DNA of 13,314 nucleotides from an archaeon. Its GTDB lineage: Archaea; Iainarchaeota; Iainarchaeia; Iainarchaeales; CSSED10-239. A program made the translations under genes and the position numbers. The notes under the pieces are model-generated. The model did no database searches. It was not told where the DNA came from and was given only the letters and a program-made list of their open reading frames with translations. Numbering within the stretch: the first letter of the stretch is position 1; every line of letters starts with the position of its first letter. Below, piece after piece: positions 1 to 5,641 of the stretch. The stretch covers positions 1 to 13,314 of the forward strand of contig JBAYPN010000020.1 of assembly GCA_041677685.1 (NCBI GenBank), in the 5' to 3' direction.

Positions 1-83
1 ACAATTAAAATTAAAACAATTAAAATTAAAACAATTAAAATTAAAACAATTAAAATTAAAACAATTAAAATTAAAACAATTAA
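1..83. repeat. Tandem direct repeat with a 15-bp unit ACAATTAAAATTAAA, five copies plus an 8-nt partial copy. It runs off the left edge of the window.
   Basis: Read directly. Positions 1-75 are five perfect 15-mers. Positions 76-83 repeat the first 8 nt, and the match ends at g84. The array ends 12 nt before the SD (GAGGT 96-100) of the 108..596 gene. Confidence 0.95.
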
Positions 84-107
84 GAAAATAAAAAAGAGGT
101 TTTGTTT

Positions 108-596
108 ATGAAATTTAAATTTTTATTAGTTCTTTTCGGACTAATAGCTTTTACTAGTATGATTTTTGCAAATGCAAATATTACAGAGTTAAAAGATTTT
201 CAAGAAAATTATAACACAACAATTAACAATTCAAAAATTATAACTAAAGGGTCGATAGACATCTTTGTAGATAACATACATTCTAATCAATCCCCAATTA
301 ACATAATTGTAAATCATGCAAATAATATCTTTCTAAAAAGTGTTATTTTAAAAGACATAGGTGTTACAGGTTCTGCTCATTTCTATAATAATGTATTTTT
401 TGATTTAGGAGAAGTTGTTTTCAATTCAACAGTTACAATTAAATCAAAAGCAACTGTAGACACATTAAGCACAAACAATTTAAATGTAAATTCTTTAAGA
501 GGAAATGGTTCTGCTTTTGCTTGTCTTGATGCGGAGGGAAATTTATATAGAAGCTTAAAACCATGTGTCCATACAGGAAACACAAATGGGAAATAG
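108..596 (+). CDS. Secreted or surface protein of unknown function, with a signal peptide, an Asn/Ile/Val-rich beta-type body and a C-terminal Cys-bracketed motif.
   Basis: The ORF track gives 102..596 from a TTG. I prefer the ATG at 108 because GAGGT (96-100) lies 7 nt upstream of it. The N-terminus MKFKFLLVLFGLIAFTSMIFANA has a classic n-h-c signal peptide shape. The C-terminus reads GSAFACLDAEGNLYRSLKPC. I recognise no family. Confidence 0.7.
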   Translation: MKFKFLLVLFGLIAFTSMIFANANITELKDFQENYNTTINNSKIITKGSIDIFVDNIHSNQSPINIIVNHANNIFLKSVILKDIGVTGSAHFYNNVFFDLGEVVFNSTVTIKSKATVDTLSTNNLNVNSLRGNGSAFACLDAEGNLYRSLKPCVHTGNTNGK

Positions 597-607
597 ATAT
601 TCTAGTT

Positions 608-630
608 ATTTTCCTTTTTCCTTTTTTTTC
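608..630 (+). terminator. Oligo-T / T-C-rich tract, a candidate archaeal intrinsic terminator, downstream of 108..596.
   Basis: The tract attttcctttttccttttttttcc includes a T8 run at 622-629 and starts 12 nt after the stop codon. Confidence 0.4.
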
Positions 631-811
631 CAATTTCAATTATCTTTTTCTTAATAATTTTCAGTTTGCTTTTTCTAATTCCACATCTCTATAACTTAAT
701 TTAAATTATTAATACTCAATTGCAATCACTTATCTTACAAAACAATATTTATAAACTATTTCTCTCATAATTACTTATTATTTAAAAAAGAAAAAATGAG
801 TTGAGAATTAT

Positions 812-2215
812 ATGTTAAGAACACATACTTGTGGAGAGTTAAGAAAAGAAAATAAAGATCAAGAAGTAACTTTGACTGGGTGGGTTAATTCAATTAGAAG
901 TGCAGGGAAAAATATAATGTTTATTGACCTAAGAGATAGATATGGAATAACCCAAGTTGTTATTTTAAAAGACTTGATTGAAAAGTTAGATTTTTTAACA
1001 GAAATTAAAAACGAATATGTTCTAAAGATAGTTGGAATTGTTCAAGTTAAACCAAAAGCTAATGAAAAATTAGAGACTGGAGAAATTGAAATTCTTACTA
1101 AAAATATAGAGATTTTAAATAGTTGTGATGACCTACCAGTTGAAGTCTCAGGTGAACTAAAAGCAAATGAAGATACTAGACTAAAATATAGATATTTAGA
1201 TTTAAGAAGAAAAGAGATGACTGAGAATTTTATATTTAAACACAAAATTGTAAATGCAATTAGAAATTCTTTAGACAGAATGGATTTTTTAGATGTTGAT
1301 ACTCCAATGTTAGCAAGAAGTACACCAGAAGGTGCAAGGGACTTTTTAGTTCCAAGCAGAATCTATCCTGGTAAGTTTTTTGCTTTACCTCAATCCCCTC
1401 AAGTCTACAAACAGACTCTTATGGTTTCTGGCTTTGATAGATATTACCAAGTTGCAAAGTGTCTGAGGGATGAGGATTTAAGAGGAGATAGGCAATTGGA
1501 ATTTACACAAATTGATCTAGAGATGTCATTTATTACAAAAGAAGATATTCAAAATGTTTTAGAAATTTTTATTAAAGAGACTTTAAAAGAAGTTATGAAC
1601 TTAGAAATTAAAATTCCTTTCCCACATATTTCTTACAAAGAGTCTATGGAAAAATATGGAAATGATAAACCTGATCTAAGAAAAATTAAAGAAGATAAAA
1701 ACGAATTTGCTTTTGTTTGGGTTGATAACTTCCCATTATTTGAATTGAATGAAAATAAGAACAGATTAGTTTCTGCTCATCATCCATTTACTCAAGCAAC
1801 AAAAGAGGCTTGGGAGAATATAGGATCTTGTAAAAAAAATGAAGATTTTTTAAAATTATTTTCTGAATCATTTGATTTGGTTTTAAATGGTGTGGAGTTA
1901 GGTTCTGGGGGTATGAGAATACATGTTCCTGATAAACAAAAAACTATATTTAATATTTTAGGATTAAGCGAAGAGGAAGCAAAAGAGAAGTTTGGATTTT
2001 TATTAGATGCTTTTAGATTTGGTGCTCCTCCTCACGGTGGGTTTGCAATTGGTCTTGACAGGTTTATTATGCTTCTAAAAGGTAAAGATTCTTTAAAAGA
2101 TTTTATTGCTTTTCCAAAAACAAAATCAACTATGAGTATAATGGAAAATTCTCCAAATACAGTGTCAGATGAACAATTAAAGGAACTACATATTAAGCTT
2201 GATTTAGATGAATAG
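812..2215 (+). CDS. aspS: Aspartyl-tRNA synthetase of the bacterial sequence type, lacking the GAD insertion domain (467 aa).
   Basis: It is near-colinear with bacterial AspRS. Matching segments are [70 protein letters not shown] (motif 2), [22 protein letters not shown], and [19 protein letters not shown]...FIAFPKT (motif 3). Only 8 residues separate DKPDLR from [13 protein letters not shown]. Confidence 0.95.
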   Translation: [467 protein letters not shown]

Positions 2216-2648
2216 TTTCTATATTCCTTTTCTTTCTTTTTATATTAAAATTTCTTTTCTAGAAAACAAGATTAAAAGAATTGATTTTGTGAAGTCTGCT
2301 AAAAAATCAGAACTTAACCTTCTATCTAAAAAGTTTGAAGATTTTTTAAAAGGAAAAGTTTCAAGAAAAGAGATGTATTCTTTTTTAGATTTTTCTGGTT
2401 GTTCTTTTTTTCAAAAAAAGATCTATAAGTCCATGTCCTCTCTTAACTCAACAATAACTTATAAAAATTTAGCAGAAAAAAACAAAACCTCCCCAAGAGC
2501 AATTGGAGGGGCTATGAAAAGAAATCCATTTTTATTAGTTGTTCCTTGTCATTTGGTTGTTTCTAAAAATGGGTGTGGAGGTTTTTCTGCTCTTAATGGT
2601 TTTGAAACTAAAAAGAAATTAATTGATCTAGAACCTTATTTTCTATAA
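2208..2648 (+). CDS. ogt: Methylated-DNA--protein-cysteine methyltransferase (Ogt/MGMT family) with a variant active site, PCHLV.
   Basis: The C-terminal half, TYKNLAEKNKTSPRAIGGAMKRNPFLLVVPCHLVVSKNGCGGF...KKKLIDLE, matches the alkyltransferase DNA-binding domain pattern (Y..lA....paRAvG.A...NP..ivPCHRVv...G.lgGy....K..LL..E). The ATG overlaps the aspS stop by 8 nt (ATGAATAG). Confidence 0.8.
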   Translation: MNSFYIPFLSFYIKISFLENKIKRIDFVKSAKKSELNLLSKKFEDFLKGKVSRKEMYSFLDFSGCSFFQKKIYKSMSSLNSTITYKNLAEKNKTSPRAIGGAMKRNPFLLVVPCHLVVSKNGCGGFSALNGFETKKKLIDLEPYFL

Positions 2649-2656
2649 TTTTAAGT

Positions 2657-2932
2657 TTATTTATTTTTCACAATAAATTCAACAATTTCTTCAACAGGCT
2701 TATTAGTTGCTGTTGCAATTTCTGTAATTATTGTTTTTAAAAGAGCAGGATTAATATCTTTTCCATTTTTACATAATGGAATTTTATGCCCCTTTCCATC
2801 GGTAAAAACACGATGTTTACTTTGTGCCTTTTTTTCTTCAAACCCTAATTTTTGTAAAGCTCTATTCATTTGTTTATGTGTAAGAATTGGCATTTTCTTA
2901 AAGCAATTAATACTTCCTATTGGTTTTGCCAT
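2657..2932 (-). CDS. hicA: HicA-like (YcfA/HicA family) putative mRNA interferase toxin with a 13-aa N-terminal extension.
   Basis: MPILTHKQMNRALQKLGFEEKKAQSKHRVFTDGKGHKIPLCKNGKDINPALLKTII fits the HicA pattern (k.l.kaLek.GF......GSH..f.......vP.h..kdl..gtlk.Il). A strong SD, AAGGTGA, lies 6 nt upstream of the ATG at 2932. The gene starts 14 nt after the stop of the HD gene. Confidence 0.55.
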   Translation of the reverse strand: MAKPIGSINCFKKMPILTHKQMNRALQKLGFEEKKAQSKHRVFTDGKGHKIPLCKNGKDINPALLKTIITEIATATNKPVEEIVEFIVKNK

Positions 2933-2946
2933 AATCTGTCACCTTT

Positions 2947-3507
2947 TTAAAATTCCATATTTTCTTTAATTCCATTTAAGATTGCTTCAATAAATTTATT
3001 AATCTCTATCTTTGTTTTTTTTTCACAAACATATATTTCTTCTCTAGACACTGATGCTGCAAATGCCTTATCTTTTAATTTCTTAGTAATTGATGAAACT
3101 TTTGCAAGTTGTACATCCTTGTCAGGTCTCATCAAAACATATGCTCTAATAATTCCTGTAAGTCCATCACAAGAATAAAGAAGGTGTTCAATTTCTTTTT
3201 TTCTTTCAATTTTAAGAGCATCATTATGTGTTTTTATTATTTCAATAATGTCTTTATCTACATTTTCTAAATTTAATATTCTTTCTCCAACAACACAATG
3301 TTTAGTAATATCATTTTCATATTTCTCAATATCAATATCATGCAAGGTTCCAACAACAAACCAGTAATTTTGTTCTTCTTCATTTTTATTAAGGTATTTG
3401 GCTAGACCCTTCATTCCATACCCAACCATCAAACAATGTTCACGGTTTGCTTTTTCTTTAACATGTCTGTTAAGTATCTCTATAGTTTTTTCTTTTGTTG
3501 GAATCAT
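2947..3507 (-). CDS. HD-domain (HDIG-type) metal-dependent phosphohydrolase.
   Basis: The His...HD...H spacing is present: REHCLMVGYGMKGLA, then GTLHDIDIE, then KTHND. The ~186 aa size is typical of stand-alone HD hydrolases. Confidence 0.8.
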   Translation of the reverse strand: MIPTKEKTIEILNRHVKEKANREHCLMVGYGMKGLAKYLNKNEEEQNYWFVVGTLHDIDIEKYENDITKHCVVGERILNLENVDKDIIEIIKTHNDALKIERKKEIEHLLYSCDGLTGIIRAYVLMRPDKDVQLAKVSSITKKLKDKAFAASVSREEIYVCEKKTKIEINKFIEAILNGIKENMEF

Positions 3508-3556
3508 AATTATTTCATTTTCTAGATTTATTTAATTTATTTTTTTTAAAATTATT

Positions 3557-4075
3557 TTAATTTGTTCTTTCTACATTTATGTTAGTAACATCATTTTCTT
3601 TTAAAAATACTTCAAAAGAAATTTCTTGTTTTGCAGGCAATATTTCTACAAAGTTATTTAGTTTAATATTAGTTTCAAGATTAAGAGTAAACACAATCAT
3701 GTTTTCTTTCTTACTAATATTTAAGTTCCCAAAATTAATATATTCCTTTTGTTTTTCATAGAATCTTTGGTTTCTAATTTCTTGTTCAATTATGACAACA
3801 TTATTTATGTTATCAAAAGTAATAACATTTGTTGGTTCTATGTTTATCTTTTTATAAGATCCAGTCTCTGCTGTTTTTAGATCAATTAATATGTTATTAA
3901 TAATTGTTAATGTGTTTTTATTATTTTTATAAATTTGCATATCTTCAAGTGAATTAAAATATCCAACAATAAAGGCAATCATAATTCCCATAAACATAAT
4001 TCCAATTATAAAGATTAATATTCCAGTAAACATTGATGCTATTCCTTTTTGGTTTTTAAACAATACTTTAATCAT
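3557..4075 (-). CDS. Small archaeal prepilin-like protein: class III signal peptide plus a ~130-aa domain, with no lectin modules.
   Basis: The N-terminus is MIKVLFKNQKG|IASMFTGILIFIIGIMFMGIMIAFIVGYF, a short basic leader ending in KG followed by a long hydrophobic helix. The following domain shares the pattern seen after the helix in the two upstream genes (..I..L.DL.....GS..KINI.....ITFD..NN..I). It starts 3 nt after the stop of the 520-aa gene. Confidence 0.7.
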   Translation of the reverse strand: MIKVLFKNQKGIASMFTGILIFIIGIMFMGIMIAFIVGYFNSLEDMQIYKNNKNTLTIINNILIDLKTAETGSYKKINIEPTNVITFDNINNVVIIEQEIRNQRFYEKQKEYINFGNLNISKKENMIVFTLNLETNIKLNNFVEILPAKQEISFEVFLKENDVTNINVERTN

Positions 4076-4078
4076 ACT

Positions 4079-5641
4079 TTATCTAATTTCTATTTCTCCA
4101 ACAGTAATTAATTTTTCTATATTATTAATTGTGTTATATTCAGTTTTAATCCAATCATCTGATCTTGCAATTTTTGAAATTCTAAGCTCGCAGATTGCTC
4201 CTGTCAAAGAACTTCCAATTGTAACATTTGTGGTATTACTTAATGCTAAGTTTGAAAATAGTTTTGGGTTATATTTTTGTTCACCATTAACATATAATCT
4301 TCCATAATTATTACTAATTGTAAATGCTATTTGATTTTCTGTATATTCTGTGAAATTTGTGTTGTATTCATTACCTGAAAAATTATTCCCACCTCCAGCA
4401 TACCCACCTTCAGTATCCCCAAAACAAGTGTATTTAAATCTATTACCATTATTCCTATTATCATATTTAAACCAAATTCCTGTGTGTGGGTTAGGAGAAT
4501 CAGGTTGTCCTTTTAAAAAAATAGAAATTAATTTTCCTGTGTTTGTTGAATAATCTAATTCATTAAAATAATTTACTGATGATATTGTTACATTTTCTAA
4601 TGTGTTTAAAGATTCAGAATTGTTAACAACTAAATATTGGTTTTTTGAGGAATCTAAGACAACACAATTTCTATTATTTACTTTTGTAAATACTGCATTG
4701 TTTACATTGTTAACTATATCATTATTATTATTTGTTGAATCAAAAGAATCATTAAAGTGTAATACCATTAAAAAATCATCATCCCAAGTCTGAGTATCAT
4801 TTGTTTCAGTCCCATTCTCATTCCCATAATACATATAGATATTAGTATTTTTATTCCCATCAAGATCACCTGGAATTTTTACAAAAGCAATTAGCTCTCC
4901 ACTTTCAGAGTTATAATCCTCAATTTCTCTTGAAAGCTTTGTAAATCCATCAGCACTTGTAAAAACAACATCACTACCATCACTTTTCCCCTTCTGTTTA
5001 AGGGCAAGAGATGTTAAAGAGATAGGTACAGGGAAGTTAGTTACTGTTCCTGAAACATAATTAGAATCAATTATTAGAAGTTGCCTGTACTCCCAATTAC
5101 TATTATACCAGTTATTTGTTCTTTCTCTTTTTGGAACAATATCAATTTGTATTTTTTCAGTTTGAGAATTATAATCAAAATAAGAAACAGTAATTGTATT
5201 TTTTCCTTGTTTTAAATTAAGATTATTGCAATTTAGATTAATTAGATTATTAGAATTATTTATTTCTTTTTCAAAAAATACTTTTCCAAGTTTCTTATAT
5301 AAAATAATATTATTAACATTCACATTTTGGTCTGTTCTAAAATTAGAACCATAAACTACACTTCCAATTATCTTATTATTTTCACAATCAATTGTAAGCT
5401 CTTCAGGGTTATTAACAATTACCTCTTGTCTTTGAAATCTGTTGTTTGAAACTTCTTGTATTTTTTTGTCAAGACTATCTATTGTTTTTAACATTAATTC
5501 ATAATTGTTCTTTTGTTTATTTTTTTCAATAATGTTTAGAGATCCACTAATAACTATTGCTAAAACAGACAGAGCAAGCAATATATAAAAAATATATGCA
5601 ATTAAGTTAACTACGCCTTTCTTGTTTTTAATCAGATTCAT
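4079..5641 (-). CDS. Prepilin-like surface protein carrying one DUF2341 module and one LamG/ConA-like (Laminin_G_3-type) lectin module (520 aa).
   Basis: The leader is MNLIKNKKG|VVNLIAYIFYILLALSVLAIVISGS. The DUF2341 signature spans aa 178-285: WYNSNWEYRQLLIIDSNYVSGTVTNFPVPI...DGSDVVFTSADGFTKLSREIEDYNSESGELIAFVKIPGDL...NIYMYYGNENG. The LamG-type module spans aa ~290-505 and ends in GAICELRISKIARSDDWIKTEYNT. The gene overlaps its upstream neighbour by 14 nt. Confidence 0.8.
   Translation of the reverse strand: MNLIKNKKGVVNLIAYIFYILLALSVLAIVISGSLNIIEKNKQKNNYELMLKTIDSLDKKIQEVSNNRFQRQEVIVNNPEELTIDCENNKIIGSVVYGSNFRTDQNVNVNNIILYKKLGKVFFEKEINNSNNLINLNCNNLNLKQGKNTITVSYFDYNSQTEKIQIDIVPKRERTNNWYNSNWEYRQLLIIDSNYVSGTVTNFPVPISLTSLALKQKGKSDGSDVVFTSADGFTKLSREIEDYNSESGELIAFVKIPGDLDGNKNTNIYMYYGNENGTETNDTQTWDDDFLMVLHFNDSFDSTNNNNDIVNNVNNAVFTKVNNRNCVVLDSSKNQYLVVNNSESLNTLENVTISSVNYFNELDYSTNTGKLISIFLKGQPDSPNPHTGIWFKYDNRNNGNRFKYTCFGDTEGGYAGGGNNFSGNEYNTNFTEYTENQIAFTISNNYGRLYVNGEQKYNPKLFSNLALSNTTNVTIGSSLTGAICELRISKIARSDDWIKTEYNTINNIEKLITVGEIEIR

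Noticed and set aside
1-83. The tandem array as a CRISPR locus.
   Set aside because: The units are contiguous 15-mers with no spacers, no palindromic repeat structure and no cas genes, so this is a minisatellite and not a CRISPR array.
102-107. The TTG start at 102 given by the ORF track.
   Set aside because: The ATG at 108 has better spacing (7 nt) from the GAGGT at 96-100, whereas the TTG would sit only 1 nt after the SD.
383-639. Two 66-aa minus-strand ORFs (383..583 and 439..639).
   Set aside because: They lie almost wholly antisense to the signal-peptide gene 108..596, have no RBS, and are low-complexity and hydrophobic. They are typical shadow ORFs in AT-rich DNA.
1042-1245. A 67-aa minus-strand ORF inside aspS.
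   Set aside because: It is antisense to a highly conserved coding region and has no recognisable motif or start context.
1664-1726. The missing GAD domain in aspS as an assembly deletion or pseudogenisation.
   Set aside because: The frame is continuous, the flanking conserved blocks join cleanly, and motifs 1-3 are intact. I cannot exclude an artefact without reads, but the sequence itself gives no sign of one.
2947-3507. The HD-domain protein as the HicB antitoxin of the adjacent HicA-like gene.
   Set aside because: It shows the His...HD...H phosphohydrolase motifs and no RNase H-like or RHH/HTH features of HicB. Any partnership would be non-canonical, and it is listed only as a hypothesis.
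3579-4793. Plus-strand ORFs 3579..3761, 4350..4553 and 4602..4793.
   Set aside because: All three are embedded antisense in the prepilin-like genes, whose protein-level domain signatures are strong. I treat them as shadow ORFs.
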